Shown: positions 51,070 through 63,590, counted from the stretch's first letter. The stretch: 64,000 nucleotides of DNA from Marsupella aquatica (GCA_973895155.1 OZ316895.1:16286170-16350169), one strand, 5' to 3'. Numbers and translations: made by a program. The notes: generated from the sequence alone by a model not told the origin.

Positions 51070-54000
51070 ATGACCACTGTGTCAGTCGCTGTGAACGAGG
51101 GCCGTAGTACACTATTGCGAAGACGGAAGGAAAGCCGCATTTCCGTGTCCACCACTCAAGTGGTGGCCAGCGTCATGGACAGTAAGAACAAGCAACCAAA
51201 CAACAGAAAGAGAACCGCTAAGGCGGCAGCAGCTGCCTCAGACGATGTATGCTCGCATCTTATTTTGATCATTTTGAGACATAGCAGTATGGACGCATTG
51301 CAGTAGCAGTTGAGGACTAGAAGCTAGTGAAAGTCCTTCACAATGTGGAAATCTTGATTGTGGGATAAGAGGTTCCAAACCCGGAAAGTCGATGAAATCT
51401 CAGCGTGCATATCTTCTTAAAAGCTTTTAAGGGATCCTACTATGCAAGGCTGAGCCTTTGGCACATGCTTGATCTGTGCATGATTCTACAGTTGAGGGCC
51501 TTTGACCCCACTTCTCGTTTTGCTAACTTGAAATTTTGCTGGCAGGATGTGGAACCTGCTCAAACCAAAGAAGAGTCATTCGCAACAGAGCTCGAAGCAC
51601 GCCTTTGGAATCTAGACAAGACGAACCAGCTCAATTCGCTGACGGTGGTGGAACTCAGAGGGCTCATGAAGTGAGCCAACTCTCAGCTCTTCCGAGAGCT
51701 TCCTCGCATTTCTGAAGTGGGACAGAGTTCGATGCCATGATGACTTGAATGAGTGAGGAATGAAAGCAATGTCTATTCTGAGGAGTTAGCCTTGGTGATT
51801 TGTTGTCACCTTGCTTTTGCATCCGATATCTTTCGCTGATCTGGTATAAGGTGGGCTTGTCATAGGCACATCAGTAAACCCACGGCTGGGCGAAAGGAAG
51901 AGCTAATTGGTGAGGTGAAAAAGTGGCTTACGGGGCGCCAGGCCTCAGCAAATCGTCAGACTGGTAAAGCTTTTTCGTCCACGTCCACTTGCTAAATCTG
52001 TACCAGTTTTGTTTGGAACCGATTTGCTGGTAGCTCTTGTTGCCATTCTCCGCTGCTGGAACGTTATCCTGAACTATCTTGTTCCTGCTCTGCTTGACCA
52101 GTACTGGATTGCGCTCGACCCACTCGAGAATCCTCAAGCGACGCTGAATCGTTGGAGGAAACTTTGTTGAAAGCTGAGAGCAAGTCTCGCCAAGCAGAAG
52201 CAATTTCACGAATGAGAGAATCTAACGGGGTGGATCTGCTAGAGACATTGGTGGAGAACAAGGTAGTACAGAAACATCCGCGGCCAATTACCCTGGATGG
52301 GGATATTATGCCAAACGGGAACAGCATTGCTTCACGGAGATCGTCTCGAGCTAGACAAAGGAAGAAGAAACTTGAGCTGGATGCCGACGAAGATGTTGAG
52401 CCAGCAATGGTGGAAGTCACTGAAAAGAAGTCTCGTACCCGTCGGAAGGCGACCAAGGTTGATAAACAAGAGGAAGAAAGTGGAGGGGAAGAAGTTACCG
52501 TAGTGACTACTAATACAGGTCAGAAGAGAAAGGTACAAGTCTCAAAGAGCAGCCAATCGAAAAAGGGAAAAGTAACCGAGGAAAAGGAGGAAATAGTCGA
52601 GGTCAAAATCACTCTGTCGACGACGTCGCCTTGGACTATGCTGGTCCATAAAAAGCCTCGACCTGACTGGATAGTCTACAACCCAGCAACTATGAGACCT
52701 GCACCTCCTTCAAGTGGAACCAAGACAATGAAACTAATGTCCTGGAACGTGAATGGGTTGCGTGCTCTCATGAAGGACAAAGATAAGAAAGCACAAGAAG
52801 GTCTGCTTATGACAAAGCTTGCGCTGGAGGAGGATTTCGATGTTTTGTGCCTGCAGGAGACGAAGCTTCAGGTGAAATTGTGATCTGCGTCGCCACAAGC
52901 AATTTCCGAGTATCCTCAATGATCAATGCAGAGTGCACGAACGTAGAAATGAAATAGATCGGATGGCCACCTAGCATGACTACTGATCAAGGAGGATTTC
53001 TGGTTGAATTGCAGGAGAAAGACGTTGAACAGATCAGTAAAAACCTTCTATCGGATTATGCTCACCCCTCTTGGAGTTGTAGCACCTCCAAACTTGGATA
53101 CTCTGGGACCGCAGTGCTTTCAAGGGTCAGTGGATAGAACTTAATGTTCCCTGACTCTCACTCTTATCGCATGAATTATGTAATAAATGTTGATAGCATT
53201 CACACAATGCGGGGCTCCTAGAATGTCGTGGATACACAAGGAATTTATGGCGTGACTTGCTCTTCCTATCATACAGGTCAAACCTATTTCAGTGACAAAA
53301 GGTATGGGGATTCCTGATCATGACGGCGAAGGACGCTTGATAACCGTTGAGTTTGACTCCTTCTTCCTACTAACGAGTTATGTGCCTAACTCTGGAGAGA
53401 AGTTGGCAAGACTGGTGAGCAGGCTTTAACTTTTCATTCAGTGAGGTCAATTTGCGATCTAGATCAAGTGATTGAGGACTATGGGTGCGTCGTTTGCCAT
53501 CGAATCCGATGAATGGGATCTAGTGTCTTCTCCGTTACTGATGTTTAGTTTTAAGGTGCCTTAGAGCTTTACTGGACCTATGTAGGCGCTCTGGAACTTC
53601 TGTCTGACTTTGTAGATCACCTGATTGTGCAGTCCTATAGGACGGAGGAATGGGACCCAGCTCTCAGCAGATATATCAAAGTACGCAATTCACTAATCTC
53701 GGCTTTGCTATCTTACAAGGGAACTCATACGCGAGGACCTAGTAAATGCTATTTTACTTAGCAGGAAACGCAGGAGCCAGGCATCTCTCGTTCATACCAC
53801 CAACTTTTTCCAGTTTCTCATTTCCCATCTCATCCATTTGTTGCAGGATCTGGAGAAACGGAAGCCTGTCATATTGACAGGAGATTTGAATTGCGCCCAT
53901 GAGGAAATTGACATTTACAACCCAGATGTACTGATTTCAAGCTCTATCTACCATCCCTTCCGCATTTTATGTACAAAATTTTCCTCTGCAGTTGCCACAA

Positions 54001-54521
54001 AATGCTGACACGATCAAAATATTTGCACTCACAGACCTACCAGTAGTCTCACTTCAATGGTTGTACTTGACAGGGCAACCGTAAAAGTGCGGGCTACACG
54101 GCTGAAGAAAGAGCCTCTTTCAAAGCCCAACTTTTGAACCAAGGCTTGGTGGATACATTTAGAGTACAGCATCCTAATGCAGTCGGGTACACGTATTGGG
54201 GATATCGGAGTGGCGCTCGACCAAAGAATCAGGGTAAGCTGTAGGTGTGCAGGAAATGTGCTCCAAATTCTTGTCACTGGTTAGCGTGGGCTTGGTGCAG
54301 TACAATTCTCCCTCTGATCCAATTCTTCCATTGTTCTGTTTGAAAGCTTGCAATGTCCTTTCGATCCCCTGACACTGGAATCCTGGAATCGTGGTGCAGG
54401 ATGGCGCTTGGACTACTTCCTTGTCTCACAATCTCTGGCAGAACAGGTCCATGATTCATACTCGCGTCCCGATTTTCTTGGCAGTGATCATTGTCCCATT
54501 GGTATGATTCTCAAGCTCTAA
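51070..54521 (+). CDS. ARP: ARP-type AP endonuclease (ExoIII/APE1 family) with N-terminal SAP-like motif, ~10 exons
   Basis: SAP-like [28 protein letters not shown]; plant ARP signature [24 protein letters not shown]; catalytic motifs [55 protein letters not shown]; stop TAA at 54519-54521. Start codon uncertain. Confidence 0.95.
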
Positions 54522-56380
54522 ATTCAACAGTGGCTTGGCTGAGAGGCTTGGCTTTTTGCTCTGCATCCGGGTCACTTTTGTAACGAAGTTATTCATTCAA
54601 ATGGTGCCACTGAGAGTTTTGCCGCCTCCTATTGGATGGCCCAATAGCATGGGCTCCTTGTACCATATATACCGCCTGGTAGAGAACTCGCACGAGCCTC
54701 CCTTTTTTTGCTAGAGAAGAGCAAATTCCTAGATTAAGACGTACTTGCAAGATTAGTGAATAGCTTAGAAAATACGGTATACTCTTTGCAAGCGATCAAA
54801 GATTCTGGAGAAGTAGCAGCATTTAGGCAAGTGTTAGGTACAGCTTTTTGTGCAAACGGGGCCGGTTATTTCCCGTGACGGCTGCTACCATTTTGTATCC
54901 TATCTCCGGAACACGACTGGCAGCTATCTCGCCTAACATTGTCACTGATGGGCGAGCTATGTTTATTTGAGCGTTCTACTACCCAGTGTCATTTGTTGTA
55001 TCCGCATTGGTATTTTATTGTTTTGTTGATGGACTAGTGAGTGGCCATGCTTGATGGTTTTTGTCCTACAATGTAAGGCCATCGAACTTGGGAGACGTCC
55101 GGGGGTCAATTGACGTCGTAAATTTCCAGTTATCTAACATATTTTAATGGTGAGGGGCATGCTGTCAAGTTGTCGTTCCGAGAGTGACCATCTCCCCTGA
55201 AATTGCACTGCATTGGTGGAGGGTTACAGGGCAGAATGAGTACTTCTCTTCCGATTCCTGGAGTAAAATATGCAGGGGGCCTGAAAGCAAAATTTAGCGT
55301 TCTTTCAGTAACGGACGGAGTATTAATGCAACCTTACTGTCAATGCCCTTAGTGTCAATGTCAACATTTTCACTTCATGGATATCTGTGATGAAACGAAC
55401 ATTGTGGACAGAGGTAACCCAAGTGCTCTTGTATGTGTGTCAGCCATTCCCCTGAAAAGGGTGCAAGTCGTAATAATCACTCGCCAGAACATGACCTTCA
55501 TCACATGAGTAGTGGCACTGTGCAGTTTTGTTGTACCTCGCGTGGTACAGGTCATATCGTGCAGCACTCCACCTCGACATATCCTTCCAGTTTCCAGCTC
55601 AGTCAGTACCCAGTCAGTAGAAGACTTCCTGGCTCACATCTGGACGAATCGCGGAGGTCGGATGGATTGCACGAGCAGCTCAGCAGCCCTGGTTACTCGG
55701 AGTCGTTCGAACGGGAGGACGTCAACCACAAGGACAATCCCTGAACACCCCCCTCCCCGGGAAACAATGTCCAGTACAGTACCGGAGAATTCGAGATCCA
55801 TAACTTCGTCTGAGAGGATTCACGTCAACAGATGATGAGGTGGACGAACCACGAGGAGGCATTGTACAGGAGGACACAGCTGAAGTAGCTTTCACCAACA
55901 GTAAATTCTCCAGAGGTGCTCCTGTTCGTTCATTCTTGCCGCCCAAATCGTATGCGCACGGCACAGACTACCACCATCTCCGTACGTGGACAAACCCATC
56001 ATCAGCTGCTAATCTGGGGTGTCTCTCATGTGTGTGACTTCGACTTCCAGCCAGTCGTCCAGTGCTGAATTGCAACAATGTGGTACTCCCAAAACGAGCC
56101 GTGATGGAGGGACGGGGGTATCGAAGGTGCCCTCTACTGCTGCAGTACCATACTCATCAGAGCATCCTGCCAGGCGACGTGACCTCAGCCCCGTGTGGAG
56201 GGAGACAACTTACTTCAGTGCAGTACTACGGCAACGAGGAATGACTACTACTATTGCTGCCAATCAATTCATCAATTCAACTCGTTCATCATCATTCTCT
56301 CCCTTCCTCTCCCTCCCTCTCCATCCCTCCCTGACGCGAGGAAAACCACATCAAGAGGCGGCAACGAGGAATGAGTGCAC

Positions 56381-57740
56381 TAGTACAACCAATGAATTCT
56401 CCATGCATTCCTCGCTCTCTTCCTCCCTGCCTGAAACTGAAGCCCAGGTGGAACCTCCATGTTTACTACAACCAATAAATTCTCCACGGTTTACTCGCTC
56501 CCTTCCTCCCTGCCTGAAATTGAAGCTCAGATAGACCTCCATGTTACTACATGCAATGAATTCTCCATGTATTCCTCGCTCCCTTACTCCCTGCCTGAAA
56601 TTGAAGCCCTGGTGGACCTCCATTTACTACAAACAGTGAATTCTCGATGCATTTCTGGCTCCCTTCCTCCCTGCCTGAAATTGAAGCCCTGATGACCCTC
56701 CATGTTATTACAACTAATGAATTCTCCATGCTTTCCTCGCTCCTTTCCTTCCTGCCTGAAATTGAATCCCAGATAGACCTCCATGTTACTCCAACCAATG
56801 AATTCTCCATGCTTTCCTCGCTCCTTTCCTTCCTGCCTGAAATTGAATCCCAGATAGACCTCCATGTTACTCCAACCAATGAATTCTCCATGCACTCCTC
56901 CCTCCCTTCCTCCCTGCCTGAAATTGAAGCCCAGAGGGACCTCCATGTTTGCCAAAATGCTTGGATGTAAACTGGATGGACTGCAAGATGACAGTCTTTT
57001 GCGCACTCAAAATACATATTATAGTGATGATTGAAGTGTGGTGAGACAACTCGGACTACAACCAATGAATTCTTGGATTCGACTCATGCATCCCTGGATG
57101 GCTCTCTCCCTCCCTGCCTGAAATTTAAGCCCAGATGGATGTCCATGTTTGCCAAAATGCTTGGATATACTTTTGCAACAAGAGAAAAACACATGACTCC
57201 AATGTTTGCCAGAATGCTTGGATATAAAGAAACAAAATACATGAAAAGGAATGACTACTACAACCAATGAATTCTCCATGCATTCCTTCCTCCCTGCCAA
57301 GATGGACCTCCATGTTTGCCAAAATGGATATATTTTTGTAACCTGGATGACCTGCAACAAAACTCTCTTCTTGTGCTCACATACTACATATTACACTGAT
57401 GAGTGGAATTCAGTGACATATCCGAAACTACATCCAATGAGTTTGCTCCATTTGATTCATGCGTCCCTCTCTCCCACCTCCCTAAAATTGAAGCCTGGTT
57501 GGACCTCCAGGTTTGCCAAAATTCTGGAAATCAATGTACTTTTACAACCCAGATGGAGTGCAGAGAAATGGACCTACATGTTTGCCAAAATGCTCTCGTA
57601 GACTCTGGCAACTCGGATGGACTGCAGTGAAAATGTACCTCCACTTTTGCCACAATGATTGGATATATTTTTCACCCAGACCAACTGCAGCAAAACCCTC
57701 ATTTGTGCTCACATAGTACACATTACACTGGTGAGTGAAA
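56381..57740. repeat. ~81-bp tandem array decaying into longer degenerate units
   Basis: Unit ACTACAACCAATGAATTCTCCATGCATTCCTCGCT...TCCCTGCCTGAAATTGAAGCCCAGATAGACCTCCATGTT, ~7 close copies to ~56950, then interrupted copies carrying CATGTTTGCCAAAATGCTTGGAT. Confidence 0.92.
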
Positions 57741-57925
57741 TGCAGCAAGAATACTATACATCTTGTTGGATATTTGTTTACTAATGAAATTTACTAAATT
57801 AGGCTCATTAGAAAGATTACTTACTGACCCCCATGGGAAGCTCCTTCCCAAATCCCTGGAAGCACATGTTGCCACATCAGCACTATTGGTCACAAACAAG
57901 AAGGGTTCATTATACAAAAAGTACC

Positions 57926-58400
57926 TGTTGAGCATAGACGACGATCGCAACGGCAAGCCCATGAACCATCCAACGCACAATAGTCGACACAAGAGATACG
58001 TGGTTCACCTCCTTGAGGCTACGTCCACGGGAACACACAAGAGAGCTTTACTGAACTCTAAGCCCGTCGGCTATACCGAGTCTCCACAGTGTAAGCTCTC
58101 CCTATCTCTCAAGTGGCTCCATAACAATGAGCCTTGGTTCTACCTCTCCAAGCACACATGCCTCTTATGATATAGTGTGCAACTTAGTTGTACCTAACCA
58201 CATAGTTGTACCTAACCACATAGTTGTACCTAATCACGTAGTTGTACCTAACCACATAGTTGTACCTAATCACATAGTTGTACCTAACCACATAGTTGTA
58301 CCTAATCACGTAGTTGTACCTAACCACGTAGTTGTACCAACCCACGTTGTTGTACCAACCACGTCATACCTAACCTAGACGTAAGAGTAAATACCCAACA
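57926..58400 (-). repeat. 3' LTR (475 bp) with ~10 x 18-bp tandem units in U3
   Basis: TG...CA ends; matches 63606-64000 except one difference seen (58274 A vs 63954 G); unit TAGTTGTACCTAA(C/T)CAC(A/G). Confidence 0.97.
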
Positions 58401-58591
58401 ATCTTCCCCTTGACTCTGGTCTAGGGGAGAGTAATACTGCCAATGTATATGATCCCTCAGCGGGAAGTTCTGGACAGAAACCAAACCGGTTTCCCTCTCT
58501 AACTAGAGCAAACCAGAACTAAGCCGTAGCCTAATACATAGGAATGAGGAAGAGCATATATCAGTAATTACAATGAATGTTTAAGAAAACT

Positions 58592-61500
58592 CTACTTGTG
58601 ATGCAATTGCAAAACCTGCAATACGTCACGGTGTCTAGAGAAACTCTCCAAAGGAATCACTTTGGTAAATGCGTCAGCCGGGTTGAGTTTACCATCAATC
58701 TTGACTAGCTCAAACAATTTATCAGACACAGCCTGCCTGATAAAATGGTACCTGACGTCAATGTGCTTCACTCTGCTGTCCATCACCTGGTTCACAGCAA
58801 GGTGGAGCGCACTTTGACTATCACAATGGAGCTTCACATTCCCCTGTGGCAATCCCATTTCAGTGATAAGTCTATCCAACCAAATCGCTTCCTTTGCTGC
58901 TTCCGCAGCTGCAACATACTCCGCTTCTGTAGTAGACTGAGCAATACACTTCTGCAAAGTAGACCTCCAACTTATGCATCCACCGCCAAGTGTGAACACG
59001 TATCCTGTTGTTGATCTCCTTCGGTCCAAATCTTGTCCATAGTCAGAATCTACATAGCCAATCAATGATCTAGCATTCTTTGCATTCGCATCAAATAAAA
59101 GACCATGATCCACGGTACCCTTCAAGTACCTGATAATCCACTTCACTGCTTCCCAGTGTACCTTCCCTGGATTCGACATGTACCTGCTCACCTTGCCCAT
59201 AGCCATGGCAAGATCAGGTCTAGTGCAAGTCATCAAATACATGAGACTCCCCACTGCCTTGTCATATGGAACCTTTGACATCAACCCCTTCTCTGTGTCA
59301 TCCGTAGGACAGAACGCTGATGATAACTTGAAGTGTGGAGCCAACGGGGTACTTACTGGCTTGCTATTCTCCATGTTGAACCTTGCAATTACCTTCCTCG
59401 CATAACTGCTCTGCGTCAACCATAGCTTGCCAGCCTCCAAGTCCCTAGTGATCTCCATACCCAAAATCCTCTTAGCTGGCCCTAAGTCCTTCATCTTAAA
59501 CTCTGCACTAAGCAGTGCCTTGAGCTTAACAATCTCAGACCTATCCTTGGCTGCAATTAGCATGTCATCCACATAAAGTACTAAAACAATGAACCCAAAG
59601 ACAACATTCTTCACCGGTTTCAAATACACACAAGGGTCAAATACACTTCTGTGAAAACCTTGTGACCGAATCCAATCGTCAAACCGCTTGTTCCACTGTC
59701 TTGGTGACTGCTTCAACCCATACAAGGATTTCAGCAATCTGCAAACCAATTCCTCCTGTCCTCTCTTCACAAAACCTAGCGGTTGTCTCATGAAGATCAC
59801 CTCTTCCAATGTGCCATAGAGGAAAGCTGTGACAACATCCATCTGATCTAGGAGCAGACCAAACATTACAACAAGTACACACAATAGTCGTATTGTAGAG
59901 TACTTAGCAACTGGTGAGAAGACCTCATTGTAATCCACACCTTTCTCTTGTGTGAATCCCTTTGCTACCAATCTAGCCTTGTAGACCTTCGATCCACCTC
60001 CTATGGAATTATCCTTCAGCTTGTAAATCCACTTGCTGTCCACCACTTGCTGACCCTTAGGCAGCTTAACAAGCTCCCAAGTTTTGTTGTCCTTTAGTGA
60101 CTGCATCTCTGTTTGCATTGCTGCAGTCCACTTTTGCTTCTCCTTTGAAGCACTTGCCTCATGAAATGAAGAAGGTTCTCCTTCTTCCAAAATTAACGCA
60201 TCACCCTCATCATCAGCTGTAAAATCATCCTCTTGCAGTTGAGATGAATCAACCCACTGTCCATACCTTGATGGAGCGCGTACAGTGCGACCAGATGTTC
60301 TTCTAGCCGATGACTCCGGTTGATCTGCGTGTGCTGGTACAATTTGAAGCTCAACAGCATCCACTTGCTGCTCACCAGCATCAACAAACTCCTCTGGTTC
60401 CTCTGGCACAGGAACCAGCTCCATAATTGGAGCAACTCCTTCTCTCCGGTCATGCACCTCATAACCAATCTCCCCCTCAACGAGATCCGGGATAGGAGAT
60501 TTTCTTTTGTCAGTACGGGAGACCTGAGTATTCTCCCCCTCCTTCAATAATCTGGATTCATTGAAGGAAACATCCCTACTGACAACGAGCTTACAGGCAA
60601 TAGGATCCCATAGCCTATAGGCTTTCACACCACTCTGGTACCCAAGAAAAACACATTTCCTGGAGGTAGGATCCAACTTGGTCCTATTCTGCTTTGGTGT
60701 GAGAGCATATGCATCACTTCCAAAAATTACCAAGCCATGATAGTCTGCTTGCCGCTTATAGCGCATCTCAAACGGCGTTTTGAAATTGATAGCACTAGAA
60801 GGAGCAAGATTTACCAAATAAGCTGCGGTATTGACAGCTTCTGCCCAAAATTCTTGTGGTAAACCTGATTGGCTCAACATACTCCGTGACCGCTCCAACA
60901 GTGTCCGATTGAGCCTCTCAGCGACACCATTCTGCTGCGGAGTATAAACTGTGGTGAGATGGCGAGTTATCCCCTGTTCTGAACAGTACTCTTCAAATTC
61001 CATTGAAGTGTACTCCCCGCCGTTGTCTGACCTCAAACTCTTCACCCTTGTATCCAAACACTTGATCGTGTTTCCAGTCTGATTCTCCACCTGGGCCTTC
61101 CATTTCTTAAAAATGGACAAGACATCAGACTTATGCGTCATGAAATAAATCCACACAAATCTTGAGTAATCATCAATAAATGATACATAGTACAACTTTC
61201 CAGAGTGTGAGGGAGTCGGGGATGGACCCCACACGTCACTATGTATGTACTCAAGAACCGCTTTGGAACGATGAGTTCCAACACCAAAAGCACGACGATG
61301 CTGCTTTCCAAGAATGCAATGCTCACAAAACTCTAATTTACAAGATTGCAAATCAGAAATGAGTCCATTCTTCCGTAAGATAGCCAAACCCTTCTCACTC
61401 ATGTGGCCTAGCCGTGAATGCCACAGTTGAGTCATCTCCTCGTGAGACTTGGTTACATTGGCCTCTCCACATACAGTATTGCCCTGTAACACATACAAAT

Positions 61501-61864
61501 TCTTTTGTCTACTTCCCTTCAAAATCACTGTCTCTCCCGACCTGACTTGAAGTTCACCATCAATAACGCTCCATTGATGACCATTTGAATCCAACACACC
61601 GAGTGAAATCAAATTCTTACGCATGCCAGGTACATACCTGACTCCGGACACTGTGCGCACAGCGCCATCAAACATTTGAATCTTCACAAACCCAATTCCC
61701 TCAATTTGATAGGAGTGATCATTTCCCATCAGAACTGAACCGTTTGAAATAGAGTAAGAACTGAAAAACTCACGAATGTAACAAATATGAAAAGAGCAAG
61801 CACAATCAAGAATCCACACATCATCTGCTCTCCTAGATGACGTGCACAGGGCATACCCCCGGCT
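58592..61864 (-). CDS. pol: Copia Pol (protease, GAG-pre-integrase, integrase, RT, RNase H)
   Basis: WILDCACSFH (protease), LWHSRLGH/CEHC, HSDVWGP..RSDNGGEY..QQNGVAER (integrase), YKARLVAKG, LYGLKQSPRQW, LYVDDM (RT), YVDSD..STTEAEY..KHIDVRYHF..NPADAFTK (RNase H); frame open from directly after the gag stop. Confidence 0.97.
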   Translation of the reverse strand, partial: SRGYALCTSSRRADDVWILDCACSFHICYIREFFSSYSISNGSVLMGNDHSYQIEGIGFVKIQMFDGAVRTVSGVRYVPGMRKNLISLGVLDSNGHQWSVIDGELQVRSGETVILKGSRQKNLYVLQGNTVCGEANVTKSHEEMTQLWHSRLGHMSEKGLAILRKNGLISDLQSCKLEFCEHCILGKQHRRAFGVGTHRSKAVLEYIHSDVWGPSPTPSHSGKLYYVSFIDDYSRFVWIYFMTHKSDVLSIFKKWKAQVENQTGNTIKCLDTRVKSLRSDNGGEYTSMEFEEYCSEQGITRHLTTVYTPQQNGVAERLNRTLLERSRSMLSQSGLPQEFWAEAVNTAAYLVNLAPSSAINFKTPFEMRYKRQADYHGLVIFGSDAYALTPKQNRTKLDPTSRKCVFLGYQSGVKAYRLWDPIACKLVVSRDVSFNESRLLKEGENTQVSRTDKRKSPIPDLVEGEIGYEVHDRREGVAPIMELVPVPEEPEEFVDAGEQQVDAVELQIVPAHADQPESSARRTSGRTVRAPSRYGQWVDSSQLQEDDFTADDEGDALILEEGEPSSFHEASASKEKQKWTAAMQTEMQSLKDNKTWELVKLPKGQQVVDSKWIYKLKDNSIGGGSKVYKARLVAKGFTQEKGVDYNEVFSPVAKYSTIRLLCVLVVMFGLLLDQMDVVTAFLYGTLEEVIFMRQPLGFVKRGQEELVCRLLKSLYGLKQSPRQWNKRFDDWIRSQGFHRSVFDPCVYLKPVKNVVFGFIVLVLYVDDMLIAAKDRSEIVKLKALLSAEFKMKDLGPAKRILGMEITRDLEAGKLWLTQSSYARKVIARFNMENSKPVSTPLAPHFKLSSAFCPTDDTEKGLMSKVPYDKAVGSLMYLMTCTRPDLAMAMGKVSRYMSNPGKVHWEAVKWIIRYLKGTVDHGLLFDANAKNARSLIGYVDSDYGQDLDRRRSTTGYVFTLGGGCISWRSTLQKCIAQSTTEAEYVAAAEAAKEAIWLDRLITEMGLPQGNVKLHCDSQSALHLAVNQVMDSRVKHIDVRYHFIRQAVSDKLFELVKIDGKLNPADAFTKVIPLESFSRHRDVLQVLQLHHK

Positions 61865-62899
61865 TCATAAAACATACTCATTATTGAGTAAATCAGCTTC
61901 TCCATCAGCCCTAGCCACATTTGCCGATGAAGTTTCCGCTGCCTTTCCCTTACAGTCTCGCTTGAAGTGTCCAACTTGGTTGCACTTCCAACATGTCACC
62001 TGCCTCCTCTGAGGGGATTTACCCTTGGACTTAGATCTGGATTTAGATCTAAACTGGGTTCTACGGTCCCCAGTTGGTCGCTGCATACTCCTCCCACGGT
62101 TAACATTGAGGGCAGCACCAGATGATGAAGGCTGTGATGTGATGTGCATCTTCTGCTGAAGATCATCACTAAGCAGAGAACTTACCACGTCATTGTATGA
62201 AATGGTATCCCTATCACGATGCAACAACACTCGTGATAGGGACTGGTAAGATGGAGGTAATGAACTAAGAAGCTGCAGAGCCTTCGTCTCATCATTCAAA
62301 GTCTCCCCAAGGTTTTCCAAGTCAACGACCATGTCGTTGAAAGCATCCACATGGTCTTGCAACTTCGTACCAGATTCCTTCATCCTGAAACTCATCAGTT
62401 TGTAGGAAGTGTAGAGCCGGTTCGACAACTCCTTGCGGTGATACTTGCTCTGCAATTCCGCAAATAAGGACATGCAATCCTTATGTGCACCCAACTGCTT
62501 GATGATGGGAGGCATGAGATAGAGTGTAACACACCACACTCCCTGCTCCTGCATGCGGTCCCATTGTTTCTCATCAACATCGTCTTCACGAGGGCTCAGC
62601 AGTTGGCCCATCCCTGACGCATAAAGCACTCCCTTCACCTGCTTCTCCCATAGCAAGTAGTCAGAGCGCCCATCATACTTTGTCACTTCATACTTGCGTC
62701 CCCCAAGCTTGAAAGTCCCCATCTTCTTCTTTACCGTGAGCTCCGGTAGTAGTACTGCTTCCTCCACCACACGCCGCACCGGTGATGGTATCGGTGTCAC
62801 GTGCTCTTCCTCCTGCTCCTCTCTCTGCCCCTGAAACCTCCGCGGTGACCCTCGTGCTTCAAGTTCCACGTCTTCGAAAAACTCCTCCGAATCACTCAT
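61865..62899 (-). CDS. gag: Copia Gag (344 aa) with CCHC zinc knuckle
   Basis: KYDGRSDYLLW, UBN2-like ALQLLSSLPPSYQSL, CWKCNQVGHFKRDC. Confidence 0.95.
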   Translation of the reverse strand: MSDSEEFFEDVELEARGSPRRFQGQREEQEEEHVTPIPSPVRRVVEEAVLLPELTVKKKMGTFKLGGRKYEVTKYDGRSDYLLWEKQVKGVLYASGMGQLLSPREDDVDEKQWDRMQEQGVWCVTLYLMPPIIKQLGAHKDCMSLFAELQSKYHRKELSNRLYTSYKLMSFRMKESGTKLQDHVDAFNDMVVDLENLGETLNDETKALQLLSSLPPSYQSLSRVLLHRDRDTISYNDVVSSLLSDDLQQKMHITSQPSSSGAALNVNRGRSMQRPTGDRRTQFRSKSRSKSKGKSPQRRQVTCWKCNQVGHFKRDCKGKAAETSSANVARADGEADLLNNEYVL

Positions 62900-63590
62900 A
62901 TGAGAAAGTCACAAAAAATGTTGTTTTTCACAACTTCTCAAAAAACTCGAAACTCAACACCGCCGCGTAGCCCACAAAGCTAGGAGTCCAATACTGAAAA
63001 CCAAAATCAAAATCGAAATTTGACGGAAAAGTTATTCAAATTTCGGTCGAGGTGGGTAAAACCTTGGGAAACTCCCCCGTTTTGACCACCTCAGGGAATA
63101 ACCGAAATACCAAGTACAACCCGTTGTCGGAATTGCGATGTGATTGGTGCGCTGCATTGCCAACTTCAATGGCTACGACCTCACTTGTCAACAACGAATG
63201 TTGATCAATTGCACTTGGTGCCGTCACCAAGTCCAACAAGGTAATTGATTTTGCTTAGCCTTCCTCTTTGCATCAAAGAGCCAATCCCGGACTCAAAAAC
63301 AATCGTCTTGCCTCAATCTCTCCGTTGAGTCAAAACACTTGACGCTTCTCCCTCCGAGTCGATTGCCAACTTTCTTCACAAAATCCAGAACGACGAAAAC
63401 TTAGATCTCTCTGCACCACGAGCTCCGTTCAACGATTTCTTCACACCGTTAGAAAGCTCTTGCCCTGATCTATCCGTTGAGCCCATAAACTCCAAGTTCC
63501 ATGCGATGGAACTCTGGAAAATCCACCAACACTCAACGCTGGAAAAACCGTCATGAAATCCCGTCACGAACACACGTCACCTCCCAAGCA

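Noticed and set aside
57763-58378. ORFs 57763-58170, 58127-58378, 45902-46144 and 63605-63850 with matching peptides
   Set aside because: They are antisense translations of LTR copies and the 18-bp repeat, not host genes.
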